DNA of 63,943 nucleotides, filler included. It is 15 parts of 15 records of this genome, joined end to end, with 100 filler letters (N's around TTAATTAATTAA, not from the genome) between each part and the next. Parts side by side here need not be neighbours in the genome. Positions count along the whole stretch, not along the records: positions 20,984 to 25,183 come from SRR11831586_1009; positions 25,284 to 32,741 come from SRR11831586_1016; positions 32,842 to 35,081 come from SRR11831586_1021; positions 35,182 to 37,287 come from SRR11831586_1025; positions 37,388 to 43,152 come from SRR11831586_1038; 10 more parts are not named here. One strand, 5' to 3'. The notes under the pieces were generated by a model. The model worked only from the letters and a program-made list of their open reading frames with translations. It had not been told where the DNA came from and made no database searches. The translations under genes and the position numbers were made by a program. Shown here piece by piece: positions 23,321-38,216 of the stretch (position 1 is the stretch's first letter; each line of letters starts with the position of its first letter).

Positions 23321-24048
23321 CAGTTGCCCTCCCCGTCACGGATGACATACACATCCATGCGCGCACCTGCCAGTAACTGGCTGGCAGGCTGGCTGAACAT
23401 CACGGCACGGGTTCCCGGCTGCCAGAAGTCACTTTCCCGGATATTCAGGGCAGACAGCGTTTTATTTTCCACGGCAAAGCGGACCATCTTCAGGTGATTC
23501 CCCGTCCATACGGCATCTGCCACTGAAGACAGCCCCGCCGGGGCCTGCAGGGTTTCCTTTGTCACTGGGACCTGATACCAGCCTGCGGGTAATTTTCCGC
23601 CACGGACGGCCTGGCTGATGGTTACAAGCAGGGATTCGTAAGGCGTGGACGTTTCCCACGCACCGGCTTCTTCTCCGGTTCCGCGCAGGTCACTGACCAG
23701 CTGAATGGTACGCCCCGCGCCTTCACGGGGAACGGCCTGAATGGAAAGATTCAGACCACGTTCTGTTTCCAGAATGAACGTAAAGGGCTTTTTGTTGACG
23801 GTGGCAACCACCACACCGCCGGAGGCGGTCTGCTCATTATTGGTCAGGGCACCATCCAGACTGTTCACGGCGATAATCCGGTCACCGGGAACGGTAAACA
23901 GATTCGGGCTGGTATTGCTGATGGCAATACTGGCCTGACCACCGTTCACCATTGGCACCACGGTGGGGGCCAGCGTACCGTTTGCGGCCATCACGCTGCA
24001 GGAAAAAAACAGGCTGCCGAATATTATTGCCGTATTATTTTTTCTCAT
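23320..24048 (-). CDS. traK: Core complex protein TraK
   Basis: Signal peptide, 242 aa, F tra order. Confidence 0.96.
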   Translation of the reverse strand: MRKNNTAIIFGSLFFSCSVMAANGTLAPTVVPMVNGGQASIAISNTSPNLFTVPGDRIIAVNSLDGALTNNEQTASGGVVVATVNKKPFTFILETERGLNLSIQAVPREGAGRTIQLVSDLRGTGEEAGAWETSTPYESLLVTISQAVRGGKLPAGWYQVPVTKETLQAPAGLSSVADAVWTGNHLKMVRFAVENKTLSALNIRESDFWQPGTRAVMFSQPASQLLAGARMDVYVIRDGEGN

Positions 24049-24601
24049 CGTCTGTTTCCCCGAAATTATCCAGCCAGGTCACCCCGTTTTCCCGCTTCAG
24101 AATAAGGATGTAATGTTTGATATCAGTGAAAGGTTTTGAATCACCAATCCAGGTTTTAAGCACACCTCGAATTTCCACACGGCCATACTGAGGCCAGACA
24201 CGAACACTGGTCTGGAAAAAGGCTGAGTTCACGTTATCGTTTTTAATACGCTTCGCTTCTTCAGCCAGAATAACTTTCATCTGGTTCTGTGCGCCCGGGC
24301 GGATATATTGCAGAAGCGCCTGATGTGAGGCATCGACGGTTTCTGATGAAACATTCAGACGGAGGGCAATAAATGACAGCGCCATCTGCTGTAAATAAGA
24401 GGCGTCGGCACTGTTCTGTGACACGGCAAAGGGGGCATTAAATGCCATTGGCGTCACGGCAGTGCGTTGCTCATTCTGAAGACGGTAGTTATTCACCCCC
24501 TGAATGACGTTAACAGAGAGGCTGAGAACAATAAGCACTGACATAAATATAAAGGCGATGGCCATTACACGACTGGTACTTAAACGGGCACCGTGTTCCA
24601 T
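24035..24601 (-). CDS. traE: Pilus assembly protein TraE
   Basis: [11 protein letters not shown], 188 aa. Confidence 0.96.
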   Translation of the reverse strand: MEHGARLSTSRVMAIAFIFMSVLIVLSLSVNVIQGVNNYRLQNEQRTAVTPMAFNAPFAVSQNSADASYLQQMALSFIALRLNVSSETVDASHQALLQYIRPGAQNQMKVILAEEAKRIKNDNVNSAFFQTSVRVWPQYGRVEIRGVLKTWIGDSKPFTDIKHYILILKRENGVTWLDNFGETDDEKK

Positions 24602-24622
24602 ATAACAATCCTGGTATCAGTT

Positions 24623-24934
24623 CTATTTAATCCACTGCCGGAAACACGAATCGGGAACATTATGAAAAATACCGCGCAGCAGGGCTGTTGGCATATACCA
24701 GTAAATCAGGTCACGTAACCAGGAACTGCCCCGCCCTTTTTTCAGTTTTTTAATCCCGAAATAAACCAGAACCGCTGCACCAATACCGAACAGATATTTC
24801 GATGTTGTGATACCCCAGCCAATACAGATTGCTGCGGGGATCAGTTCATCCAGTGGCAGGCCAAACCAGCGGCTCTGGTTGGTCAGTGTTTCCGGGAAAC
24901 GATATTTCTTAAGTTTATTCTCGTCTCCCGACAT
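24623..24934 (-). CDS. traL: Pilus assembly protein TraL
   Basis: [17 protein letters not shown]. Confidence 0.95.
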
Positions 24935-24948
24935 CGTTTTATTTCCTG

Positions 24949-25183
24949 TCAGAGGCCAACGACGGCCATACCCACAGCAATAAATACAGAGATGATGGCA
25001 AAACCGGCCAGGAACTTGACGTTTTTGGTCATCATGTACATGACAGCACCGACCAGAACTTCAGCCAGAACAACCCATTTAACAACACTGGAGTCCTTAC
25101 CGAAGGTCGCCTTAACCGTGGTGTTACCGCTTGCCATCAGGTCCTGACCACTGCTGCCGGCGGCCATCGCCAGCTGCGGGAAG
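24949..25183 (-). CDS. traA: F pilin precursor, 5'-truncated
   Basis: Mature pilin [25 protein letters not shown]...GMAVVGL. Confidence 0.97.
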
Positions 25184-25293
25184 NNNNNNNNNNNNNNNNN
25201 NNNNNNNNNNNNNNNNNNNNNNNNNNNTTAATTAATTAANNNNNNNNNNNNNNNNNNNNNNNNNNNNNNNNNNNNNNNNNNNNCACCTTTTCA

Positions 25294-26454
25294 TCAGGTT
25301 GGATCAACAGGCACTACGTTCTCACTTGGGTAACAGCCCAATACCTTCATTGAACGGGTGATTTCCCCTAACTCTTTCAATGCTTTTTGCATTTCCGCTG
25401 ATTCAAGATTGGCCTGAATATCCAGATAGAACATCTCTTCCCATGGATTACCGTGAATCGGGCGTGATTCCAGACGGGTCATAATCAGATTGTGGTTGCG
25501 CAGTACCAGCAACGCTTCAACCAGCGCACCGGCTTGTTGCCCGGTCGCCATTAACAACGTGGTTTTCGCCGGAACCTGATCAGACACGTTAATGGCTTTA
25601 CGCGCCAACACCACAAATCGGGTGAAGTTTTGTCGCTGATTTGCTTCAATACGCTCCAGTACCTGCAAACCGTACAAAGTGCCGCCAGCTTCGCTTCCCA
25701 ACGCAGCAACATGCGGTGATTTTGCCTGTGCAACCTTTTCCATTGCCGCAGACGTACTTTCGGTATATTCAATCTTCCAGTGCGGATAACGATTAAGGAA
25801 TTTGCTGCATTGCTGGAATGGCTGCGGATGGCTGTAGACCGTATTGATGGTGGATAAATCAGTAGTGCCGGAGACCAACAAACAATGGTCGATAGTTAAC
25901 GTCATCTCGCCAACAATCGACAAGCTGGTATGTTGCAGCAGATCGTAAACGTCGTTTATGGCACCGGAGCTGGTATTTTCAATCGGTACGACGGCATAGT
26001 CGGCCTGGCCGGTTTCCACCTGATTAAAAATATCGGCAAATTTGGCGCAGCCACTTTCAATGAATTGCTCAAAGTGACGGGCAGCATACTGGCGCGCCGC
26101 AAGATGGGAATAAGAACCTTTGGGGCCGAGAAAAGCGATGCGTGCTGAGTGCGGATTAATTTTATTGAGATGTTGTTGGAGCAAAGCCTGCTGAGTTAAT
26201 ACGGAATCTTCAATGATGAGCTGGAACAGGCGAGTAATGTAATGGGCGTCCAGATGGTGCGCTTTACCGAGCGTAATTAATCTTTCCAGCAAATCGCGTT
26301 CACGATCAATATCACGTACCGGGCGATGCGAGAGCAGTTTGGCTTTTCCCACCTCGACGGCCAGTTCGCGCCGTTCTGCCAGTAACGCTAATAATTTTTC
26401 ATCCAGCGCGCTGATTTTCTCTCGCAGCGCCAGTAACGGGTTTTCCGATGTCAT
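25294..26454 (-). CDS. pheA: Chorismate mutase/prephenate dehydratase
   Basis: CM, PDT and ACT (ESRP) domains; 386 aa. Confidence 0.98.
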
Positions 26455-26476
26455 AGTGTTGCCTTTTTGTTATCAA

Positions 26477-26506
26477 TAAAAAAGGCCCCCCGATTTGGGA
26501 GGCCTT
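26477..26506 (-). terminator. pheA attenuator terminator
   Basis: GC-rich hairpin plus U-run between pheL and pheA. Confidence 0.88.
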
Positions 26507-26552
26507 ATTGTTCGTCTTCGCATTCTGTTTCACACGACGAAACGCCTCCCAT

Positions 26553-26600
26553 TCAGGGGAAGGTAAAAAAGAATGCGAAGAAAAACGGTATGTGTTTCAT
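26553..26600 (-). CDS. pheL: phe operon leader peptide [15 protein letters not shown]
   Basis: Manual translation; 7 Phe in 15 aa. Confidence 0.97.
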
Positions 26601-26656
26601 GTTTGTTTCCTTAAGTGACTTTAGTACAGTACCCGTACTGTTTTCACGCTGTCAAC

Positions 26657-26680
26657 AAAAAACGCGCCCGAAGGCGCGTT
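26657..26680 (-). terminator. raiA terminator (also the 3' end of the RaiZ sRNA)
   Basis: AACGCGCC-TTCG-GGCGCGTT plus T-run on the minus strand. Confidence 0.88.
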
Positions 26681-26703
26681 GGCGATACACTCAATATAAA
26701 GGA

Positions 26704-27099
<396 letters not shown>

Positions 27100-27267
27100 T
27101 CAAAATGTGTGATGAAAATCTCATAATTTTGTCACTTTTTGTCAACGAATCTTTTTTGTGAGAAATCGCAGGAAGAGATGTTTTTTTACTTGAGGAATAT
27201 CTCAAAGCGAGCCATATTTGATGAGATCGATAGCGACTAAATCGCTTCAGTTTCACAACTGACAGAA

Positions 27268-27299
27268 TAAAAAAACGGCAGCTCAAGGGCTGCCGTTTT
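27268..27299 (-). terminator. bamD terminator
   Basis: AACGGCAGC..GCTGCCGTT hairpin with A/T tails. Confidence 0.85.
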
Positions 27300-27315
27300 G
27301 TGTTTCAGGTTTCTG

Positions 27316-28053
27316 TTATGTATTGCTGCTGTTTGCGGCGATGATTTTCGCTACTTTTTCAGCTTGCGCATTCATCTGCATCTGACGGTATGCATTTTCC
27401 ATCAGCGGCAGCGCATCACGCGTAGCCTGGGTATCCGGGTAGTCGCGCAACATGCCTTCTACGCGGTTAACGACGGCAACCCATGCGCCACGTTCTGTAT
27501 AGTACTCGGCCACGGAGTATTCATATTTCGCCAGACGATCTTTCAGGAATACCAGACGTTTGGTGGCATCGGTGGTGTACTGACTGTTCGGATAGCCGCG
27601 CACCAGTTTGGAAAAGTCACTAAACGCAGCTCGTGCATGTTGAGGATCGCGATCGCTACGATCGACGCCAAAGAACCCTTGCAGCGCACTGTCATCCAGC
27701 GCCATATTGGTCAGGCCACGCATGTACATGACATAATCGATATTCGGATGGGTCGGGTTAAGGCGAATAAAACGATCGATGGCAGCCTGTGCTAACGGCA
27801 AATCGGCGTTTTTATAGTAGGCGTAGATGAGATCCAGCTGCACCTGCTGCGAATACGGACCAAACGGATAGCGATTATCTAACGCTTCCAGTTGCGTTAT
27901 TGCCTGTCTCCAGTTACCGTCCTGCAGCTTTTGTTGTGCAGTCGCGTAAATTTCATTTGGCGGATTATCAGGTACTTCTTCCTTTGACCCCGAGCAACCC
28001 GCCAAAAACAGGCTTAGTGTGGCGGCTGCCACCAGATATTTCATGCGCGTCAT
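27316..28053 (-). CDS. bamD: Outer membrane assembly lipoprotein BamD
   Basis: LAGC lipobox, TPR repeats, 245 aa. Confidence 0.98.
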
Positions 28054-28187
28054 GACGTTTTGACTTTCCTCAAAATGTAATACGGGAGATTCTCTGTTCC
28101 TGCTCCCGGTTAAGACCAGCTACAATAGCACACTATATTAAACGGCAAAGCCGTAAAACCCCAACGATAAACGAAGAAGCAGTATAT

Positions 28188-29168
28188 ATGGCACAACGAG
28201 TACAGCTCACTGCAACGGTGTCCGAAAACCAACTCGGTCAACGCTTAGATCAGGCTTTGGCCGAAATGTTCCCGGATTATTCACGTTCGCGAATAAAAGA
28301 ATGGATCCTCGACCAGCGAGTGCTGGTTAACGGCAAAGTTTGTGATAAGCCGAAAGAAAAAGTATTGGGTGGCGAGCAGGTTGCCATCAACGCTGAGATT
28401 GAAGAAGAAGCGCGTTTTGAACCGCAGGATATCCCGCTGGATATCGTCTATGAAGATGAAGACATTATTATCATTAATAAACCGCGCGACCTGGTGGTAC
28501 ATCCTGGCGCGGGTAACCCGGATGGCACGGTACTGAATGCGTTGCTTCATTACTATCCACCCATTGCCGATGTACCGCGTGCGGGCATCGTCCATCGTCT
28601 GGATAAAGACACCACTGGCCTGATGGTTGTGGCAAAAACCGTTCCGGCTCAGACGCGTTTAGTCGAATCTTTGCAACGGCGTGAAATTACTCGTGAGTAT
28701 GAAGCGGTGGCGATTGGTCATATGACCGCAGGTGGCACGGTGGACGAGCCAATCAGTCGCCACCCGACCAAACGTACCCATATGGCGGTGCATCCGATGG
28801 GCAAACCAGCGGTGACTCACTATCGCATCATGGAACACTTCCGTGTGCACACGCGTCTGCGGTTGCGTCTGGAAACTGGACGTACGCACCAGATCCGCGT
28901 GCATATGGCCCATATCACTCATCCGCTGGTGGGCGATCCGGTTTATGGTGGCCGTCCGCGTCCGCCAAAAGGTGCTTCGGAAGCATTTATCTCCACGCTG
29001 CGTAAGTTTGACCGCCAGGCGCTACATGCAACCATGCTGCGTCTTTATCACCCGATCTCCGGCATCGAAATGGAATGGCATGCGCCTATTCCACAAGATA
29101 TGGTGGAGCTGATTGAGGTGATGCGCGCCGATTTCGAAGAACATAAGGATGAAGTGGACTGGTTATGA
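28188..29168 (+). CDS. rluD: 23S rRNA pseudouridine synthase
   Basis: S4 domain, HRLDKDTTG, GRTHQIR. Confidence 0.98.
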   Translation: MAQRVQLTATVSENQLGQRLDQALAEMFPDYSRSRIKEWILDQRVLVNGKVCDKPKEKVLGGEQVAINAEIEEEARFEPQDIPLDIVYEDEDIIIINKPRDLVVHPGAGNPDGTVLNALLHYYPPIADVPRAGIVHRLDKDTTGLMVVAKTVPAQTRLVESLQRREITREYEAVAIGHMTAGGTVDEPISRHPTKRTHMAVHPMGKPAVTHYRIMEHFRVHTRLRLRLETGRTHQIRVHMAHITHPLVGDPVYGGRPRPPKGASEAFISTLRKFDRQALHATMLRLYHPISGIEMEWHAPIPQDMVELIEVMRADFEEHKDEVDWL

Positions 29169-29895
29169 GTAAGCTGATTGTCCCGCAGTGGCCGCAGCCA
29201 AAAGGTGTTGCGGCCTGTAGCTCCACTCGTATCGGCGGCGTGAGCTTGCCCCCGTATGACTCACTCAACCTCGGTGCCCATTGTGGCGATAACCCGGATC
29301 ACGTTGAGGAGAATCGCAAGCGACTTTTTGCTGCGGGCAATTTGCCTTCTAAACCGGTCTGGCTTGAGCAGGTACACGGCAAAGATGTGCTTAAGCTCAC
29401 TGGCGAACCTTATGCCTCAAAACGGGCGGATGCCTCTTATAGCAATACGCCCGGCACGGTTTGCGCAGTGATGACTGCCGACTGCCTCCCTGTGCTGTTT
29501 TGCAATCGAGCGGGAACGGAAGTCGCCGCCGCTCATGCTGGCTGGCGTGGACTGTGCGCAGGCGTGCTGGAAGAGACGGTTTCCTGTTTTGCTGATAATC
29601 CGGAAAATATTCTCGCCTGGTTAGGGCCGGCAATTGGTCCACGCGCGTTCGAAGTGGGGGGGAGGTTCGCGAGGCGTTTATGGCAGTAGACGCTAAAGCA
29701 AGTGCAGCTTTCATTCAGCATGGTGATAAGTATCTGGCGGATATTTATCAGCTTGCCCGGCAGCGTCTGGCGAACGTGGGTGTTGAGCAAATTTTCGGCG
29801 GCGACCGTTGTACATATACGGAAAATGAGACTTTCTTCTCTTATCGTCGCGACAAGACCACCGGTCGTATGGCAAGTTTCATTTGGCTGATATAA
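29165..29895 (+). CDS. yfiH: YfiH/PgeF; apparent -1 frameshift in the G-run at 29656-29662
   Basis: TADCLPV and HAGWRG motifs; split into two ORFs; C-terminus FFSYRR..MASFIWLI. Confidence 0.93.
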
Positions 29896-29956
29896 CCTAA
29901 AGAATCAAGACGATCCGGTACGCGTGATTTTCTTTTCACATTAATCTGGTCAATAA

Positions 29957-29986
29957 CCTTGAATAATTGAGGGATGACCTCATTTA
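29957..29986 (+). promoter_or_regulatory. sigma32 promoter of clpB
   Basis: CCTTGAA ... CCTCATTTA upstream of a heat-shock gene. Confidence 0.7.
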
Positions 29987-30024
29987 ATCTCCAGTAGCAA
30001 CTTTGATCCGTTATGGGAGGAGTT

Positions 30025-32597
30025 ATGCGTCTGGATCGTCTTACTAATAAATTCCAGCTTGCTCTTGCCGATGCCCAATCACTTGCACTCGGGCACGACA
30101 ACCAATTTATCGAACCACTTCATTTAATGAGCGCCCTGCTGAATCAGGAAGGGGTTCGGTTAGTCCTTTATTAACATCCGCTGGCATAAATGCTGGCCAG
30201 TTGCGCACAGATATCAATCAGGCATTAAATCGTTTACCGCAGGTTGAAGGTACTGGTGGTGATGTCCAGCCATCACAGGATCTGGTGCGCGTTCTTAATC
30301 TTTGCGACAAGCTGGCGCAAAAACGTGGTGATAACTTTATCTCGTCAGAACTGTTCGTTCTGGCGGCACTTGAGTCTCGCGGCACGCTGGCCGACATCCT
30401 GAAAGCAGCAGGGGCGACCACCGCCAACATTACTCAAGCGATTGAACAAATGCGTGGAGGTGAAAGCGTGAACGATCAAGGTGCTGAAGACCAACGTCAG
30501 GCTTTGAAAAAATATACCATCGACCTTACCGAACGAGCCGAACAGGGCAAACTCGATCCGGTGATTGGTCGTGATGAAGAAATTCGCCGTACCATTCAGG
30601 TGCTGCAACGTCGTACTAAAAATAACCCGGTACTGATTGGTGAACCCGGCGTCGGTAAAACTGCCATCGTTGAAGGTCTGGCGCAGCGTATTATCAACGG
30701 CGAAGTGCCGGAAGGGTTGAAAGGCCGCCGGGTACTGGCGCTGGATATGGGCGCGCTGGTGGCTGGGGCGAAATATCGCGGTGAGTTTGAAGAACGTTTA
30801 AAAGGCGTGCTTAACGATCTTGCCAAACAGGAAGGCAACGTCATCCTATTTATCGACGAATTACATACCATGGTCGGCGCGGGTAAAGCCGATGGCGCAA
30901 TGGACGCCGGAAACATGCTGAAACCGGCGCTGGCGCGTGGTGAATTGCACTGCGTAGGTGCCACGACGCTTGACGAATATCGCCAGTACATTGAAAAAGA
31001 TGCTGCGCTGGAACGTCGTTTCCAGAAAGTGTTTGTTGCCGAGCCTTCTGTTGAAGATACCATTGCGATTCTGCGTGGCCTGAAAGAACGTTACGAATTG
31101 CACCACCATGTGCAAATTACTGACCCGGCAATTGTTGCAGCGGCGACGTTGTCTCATCGCTACATTGCTGACCGTCAGCTGCCGGATAAAGCCATCGACC
31201 TGATTGATGAAGCAGCATCCAGCATTCGTATGCAGATTGACTCAAAACCAGAAGAACTCGACCGACTCGATCGTCGTATCATCCAGCTCAAACTGGAACA
31301 ACAGGCGTTAATGAAAGAGTCTGATGAAGCCAGTAAAAAACGTCTGGATATGCTCAACGAAGAACTGAGCGACAAAGAACGTCAGTACTCCGAGTTAGAA
31401 GAAGAGTGGAAAGCAGAGAAGGCATCGCTTTCTGGTACGCAGACCATTAAAGCGGAACTGGAACAGGCGAAAATCGCTATTGAACAGGCTCGCCGTGTGG
31501 GGGACCTGGCGCGGATGTCTGAACTGCAATACGGCAAAATCCCGGAACTGGAAAAGCAACTGGAAGCCGCAACGCAGCTCGAAGGCAAAACTATGCGTCT
31601 GTTGCGTAATAAAGTGACCGACGCCGAAATTGCTGAAGTGCTGGCGCGTTGGACGGGGATTCCGGTTTCTCGCATGATGGAAAGCGAGCGCGAAAAACTG
31701 CTGCGTATGGAGCAAGAACTGCACCATCGCGTAATTGGTCAGAACGAAGCGGTTGATGCGGTATCTAACGCTATTCGTCGTAGCCGTGCGGGGCTGGCGG
31801 ATCCAAATCGCCCGATTGGTTCATTCCTGTTCCTCGGCCCAACTGGTGTGGGGAAAACAGAGCTTTGTAAGGCGCTGGCGAACTTTATGTTTGATAGCGA
31901 CGAGGCGATGGTCCGTATCGATATGTCCGAGTTTATGGAGAAACACTCGGTGTCTCGTTTGGTTGGTGCGCCTCCGGGATATGTCGGTTATGAAGAAGGT
32001 GGCTACCTGACCGAAGCGGTGCGTCGTCGTCCGTATTCCGTCATCCTGCTGGATGAAGTGGAAAAAGCGCATCCGGATGTCTTCAACATTCTGTTGCAGG
32101 TACTGGATGATGGGCGTCTGACTGACGGGCAAGGGAGAACGGTCGACTTCCGTAATACGGTCGTCATTATGACCTCTAACCTCGGTTCCGATCTGATTCA
32201 GGAACGCTTCGGTGAACTGGATTATGCGCACATGAAAGAGCTGGTGCTCGGTGTGGTAAGCCATAACTTCCGTCCGGAATTCATTAACCGTATCGATGAA
32301 GTGGTGGTCTTCCATCCGCTGGGTGAACAGCACATTGCCTCGATTGCGCAGATTCAGTTGAAACGTCTGTACAAACGTCTGGAAGAACGTGGTTATGAAA
32401 TCCACATTTCTGACGAGGCGCTGAAACTGCTGAGCGAGAACGGTTACGATCCGGTCTATGGTGCACGTCCTCTGAAACGTGCAATTCAGCAGCAGATCGA
32501 AAACCCGCTGGCACAGCAAATACTGTCTGGTGAATTGGTTCCGGGTAAAGTGATTCGCCTGGAAGTTAATGAAGACCGGATTGTCGCCGTCCAGTAA
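30025..32597 (+). CDS. clpB: Disaggregase ClpB; apparent -1 frameshift at the G-run 30151-30154
   Basis: [10 protein letters not shown] start after GGAGG; two Walker A motifs; span 2573 nt is not divisible by 3. Confidence 0.97.
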
Positions 32598-32602
32598 ATG
32601 AT

Positions 32603-32629
32603 AAAACGAGCCCTTCGGGGCTCGTTTTT
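32603..32629 (+). terminator. clpB terminator
   Basis: ACGAGCCC-TTCG-GGGCTCGT plus T-run. Confidence 0.92.
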
Positions 32630-32689
32630 GTCTATAAGTTAGACGGAAAAGACTATATTTAAGATGTTTTGCCTGAAAAGTGAGCGAAC

Positions 32690-32741
32690 GATAAAGTTTT
32701 TATATTTTTCGCTTGTCAGGCCGGAATAACTCCCTATAATG
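32690..32741 (+). promoter_or_regulatory. rrn P1 promoter (rrnG position): AT-rich UP element, -35 TTGTCA 32713-32718, -10 TATAAT 32735-32740
   Basis: TTGTCAGGCCGGAATAACTCCCTATAATG is the rrn P1 core; contig breaks at the rRNA repeat. Confidence 0.93.
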
Positions 32742-32841
32742 NNNNNNNNNNNNNNNNNNNNNNNNNNNNNNNNNNNNNNNNNNNNTTAATTAATTAANNN
32801 NNNNNNNNNNNNNNNNNNNNNNNNNNNNNNNNNNNNNNNNN

Positions 32842-35081
<2,240 letters not shown>

Positions 35082-35259
35082 NNNNNNNNNNNNNNNNNNN
35101 NNNNNNNNNNNNNNNNNNNNNNNNNTTAATTAATTAANNNNNNNNNNNNNNNNNNNNNNNNNNNNNNNNNNNNNNNNNNNNTAAATCATAGGAAGACCAG
35201 TCCCACTACATCGCAACAATGATAAGTCCAACTGAAGCACAAACAATGAACGGACTCAC

Positions 35260-35492
35260 TTTTTGGGCGGAACAATTGTCGTCTGTGGCGTGTTGAAGTT
35301 GAACAAGGGCAAGGGCGGAGGCAGAGACTTGGCGATGGGCGGCTTCCTCACAGGGGGAGCAGCCACAGGCGGTGCTTCACCCTCCGGCGAGCTATCTCCC
35401 GAGTCGTCTTCCGATCCCGTCTCATCCTCGTCTTCATCATCCGGAGGTTCCAGCGCGCCATAGAGTGCATCTGGCAAGACGTTCTCCGCCAT
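35260..35492 (-). CDS. First exon of a eukaryotic hypothetical protein (acidic, Pro-rich), divergent from PI31
   Basis: MAENVLPDALYG..DDEDEDE..PPKK followed by a GTGAGT donor at 35259-35254. Confidence 0.55.
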
Positions 35493-35743
35493 GGATGCCG
35501 TGCACCACACGGGTTCGTGCAGAGGGTGCCTGCGGTACGATCAGGAGCACAGCGATCCGCGAAATACTGCAAGGCGCCCACACACAAAACATTCCCATCA
35601 AAGAGCACTTTGGAAAGATTCTTCGATGATTGGAAGCTTCCGAGAACTTTCCACTGAATTTCAGGCTGTAAAGCTTCTCTTTAGTCCATGGCTGCCATTT
35701 CTACTGCGAGTGAAAGCAAGAATAGCACCCGCTCTCGTTTTTC

Positions 35744-37197
35744 ATGTCGCAAAAACAGTTTCACGACCTCGTCGAAGAATTTCTCAAGGAACACAATCCC
35801 AGTGTCAGTTCAGTCAGCGAATCACTACACGCGCTGGTTCATGCTGTTTTCATACTATCTGGGTTCCGTCTCGCGACATCCTCGGCAGAAGATCGTCCTT
35901 TTCCCATCCCTTCCTCCTACGATGGGACTGTTCGGCTTCGGTATCGGAATAATGTTAGCTCCATGAACTTTGAAGTTGTGATCGCGGACGTTGGGAACCG
36001 CACCATAATCCACGCCACTGGAGATGGAGACCATGTGTTTACTGTAGATGTTCGGTACGTGCAGGTTGTACTGTCTTGTGTGCATATCTATGGTGCCGTG
36101 TCCTCCGTCTCTCTCTCGCTCTGTCTGTTTCGCTGACTTGTTCGTAGGCGTGAGGACCATGTTCGACCGGCCGAGTTCCGCGACTGGTCCCGAGCCTTCC
36201 CGCAGCTCAGCACCACCGCGCTGCTTGTGCGCTCACAGCTCTGTCAGCAACTCGTACCGGAGACCAACAAGCCGGGCTACGAGAACCCTCCGCCCGCCTC
36301 ATCCCCCCAACAGCCCTCCTCCGCACCCACCCGACCCGCCCAGACAGTGCCCCCGCCCTCCCGGCAGCCCCTGATGCCCGACCCGACCATGGACCCGCTC
36401 CGGGACCCCACGTTCGTACCGCGGCGGCCGTTCGCGCCGCCGATGGGATTCGGAGGCGATGACCTGGACGGCGGACTGCCCCACCTGTACGTATCTCATC
36501 GGTCTTGCACAGTGTGCGTGTGCGGGTCTGATGCATGTAGTAGATGATGTCTTTGTTCCGTGTTTGTATGTCTCTGTTTCTCTGTCCTCTGCCTTCTGAC
36601 AAAATCGTAGGCCCCGAGGTCCGTGGTCGCCGGGTCGCCCGGGCGGTATGATGGTAGGGCCGGGCCACCCCATGTTTGGCATGCCCCCCATGCACCCGGG
36701 AGGTGATGTTCGGCTTCCTCCGTACGTGGTCCTGTGTGCTACTTATCTATTGAGCATAGAAAGGGCGGTGCCGCTGTCCGCACGTGCATTTGTTGCTGCT
36801 TCATCTGTCTTATGTTTTGTTGTTGCAGTGGCGCTGTTCCCCCAGGTGCAAGGTTTGATCCATTCGGTCCTCCCGGTGCTCAGGGACCACGCCACCCACA
36901 GCGACGCAACTATGGTGACGCAGAGAGACCAGGTGCGTGAGTTGTGACTTAGTGCGGGAGAGTGGGTGTGTATGCATATGTGTGGCGCACATGGTGCTTG
37001 ATGAAGACGTGCGTGTTGGATTGTACGCCATCTGTGTTATTGGCCGCGGCCGCTATGATGTGCTTTGTATCTCATGGCAGTTACTCTACACGTGTTAAAT
37101 AATTCGTATCTCTCCCAACTTTCCTGCGTGTGTAGCTGCGGCTAAATGTACGTTTACCTGTGTAGGTCCCGATGAAGACAATCCGTACTTCATGTAA
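35744..37197 (+). CDS. PSMF1: Proteasome inhibitor PI31 homolog, complete, 5 exons: 35744-36054, 36148-36486, 36611-36721, 36829-36932, 37166-37197
   Basis: Phase-consistent GT-AG introns; FP domain (LVHAVFILSGFRL), KPGYE, GGDDLD, GGMMVGPGHPMF, LPPGAVPPGARFDPFGP; ends NPYFM*. Confidence 0.9.
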
Positions 37198-37387
37198 AAT
37201 CACCGAGTTTCGTGCAAGTTGCAGAGCTCGTTGGTAGATTGATTGTTATGAGTGTAGATGTACATGTTGTGCAGTTGTAATACCAGTNNNNNNNNNNNNN
37301 NNNNNNNNNNNNNNNNNNNNNNNNNNNNNNNTTAATTAATTAANNNNNNNNNNNNNNNNNNNNNNNNNNNNNNNNNNNNNNNNNNNN

Positions 37388-38143
37388 TTTCCTGAACATC
37401 ATCATGATTTTCATGAAATTGTGATTGTCGAACATGGCACGGGTATTCATGTGTTTAATGGGCAGCCCTATACCATCACCGGTGGCACGGTCTGTTTCGT
37501 ACGCGATCATGATCGGCATCTGTATGAACATACCGATAATCTGTGTCTGACCAATGTGCTGTATCGCTCGCCGGATCGATTTCAGTTTCTCGCCGGGCTG
37601 AATCAGTTGCTGCCACAAGAGCTGGATGGGCAGTATCCGTCTCACTGGCGCGTTAACCACAGCGTATTGCAGCAGGTGCGACAGCTGGTTGCACAGATGG
37701 AACAGCAGGAAGGGGAAAATGATTTACCCTCGACCGCCAGTCGCGAGATCTTGTTTATGCAATTACTGCTCTTGCTGCGTAAAAGCAGTTTGCAGGAGAA
37801 CCTGGAAAACAGCGCATCACGTCTCAACTTGCTTCTGGCCTGGCTGGAGGACCATTTTGCCGATGAGGTGAATTGGGATGCCGTGGCGGATCAATTTTCT
37901 CTTTCACTGCGTACGCTACATCGGCAGCTTAAGCAGCAAACGGGACTGACGCCTCAGCGATACCTGAACCGCCTGCGACTGATGAAAGCCCGACATCTGC
38001 TACGCCACAGCGAGGCCAGCGTTACTGACATCGCCTATCGCTGTGGATTCAGCGACAGTAACCACTTTTCGACGCTTTTTCGCCGAGAGTTTAACTGGTC
38101 ACCGCGTGATATTCGCCAGGGACGGGATGGCTTTCTGCAATAA
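37388..38143 (+). CDS. rhaS: AraC-family activator RhaS, 5'-truncated
   Basis: [10 protein letters not shown] cupin motif plus AraC HTH; synteny. Confidence 0.96.
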   Translation, partial: FPEHHHDFHEIVIVEHGTGIHVFNGQPYTITGGTVCFVRDHDRHLYEHTDNLCLTNVLYRSPDRFQFLAGLNQLLPQELDGQYPSHWRVNHSVLQQVRQLVAQMEQQEGENDLPSTASREILFMQLLLLLRKSSLQENLENSASRLNLLLAWLEDHFADEVNWDAVADQFSLSLRTLHRQLKQQTGLTPQRYLNRLRLMKARHLLRHSEASVTDIAYRCGFSDSNHFSTLFRREFNWSPRDIRQGRDGFLQ

Positions 38144-38216
38144 CGCGAATCTTCTCAACGTATTTGTACGCCATATTGCGAATAATCAACTTCGTTCTCT
38201 GGCCGAGGTAGCCACG

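Noticed and set aside
17427-25183. ycfT + acyltransferase + depolymerase + tra genes as a novel conjugative island
   Set aside because: Three separate contigs, one with spliceosomal introns
29165-30200. Programmed frameshifting in yfiH or clpB
   Set aside because: Both are continuous in E. coli, and the same single-base loss in G-runs recurs in unrelated genes
32690-32741. rRNA gene
   Set aside because: Only the P1 promoter is present; the contig ends before 16S
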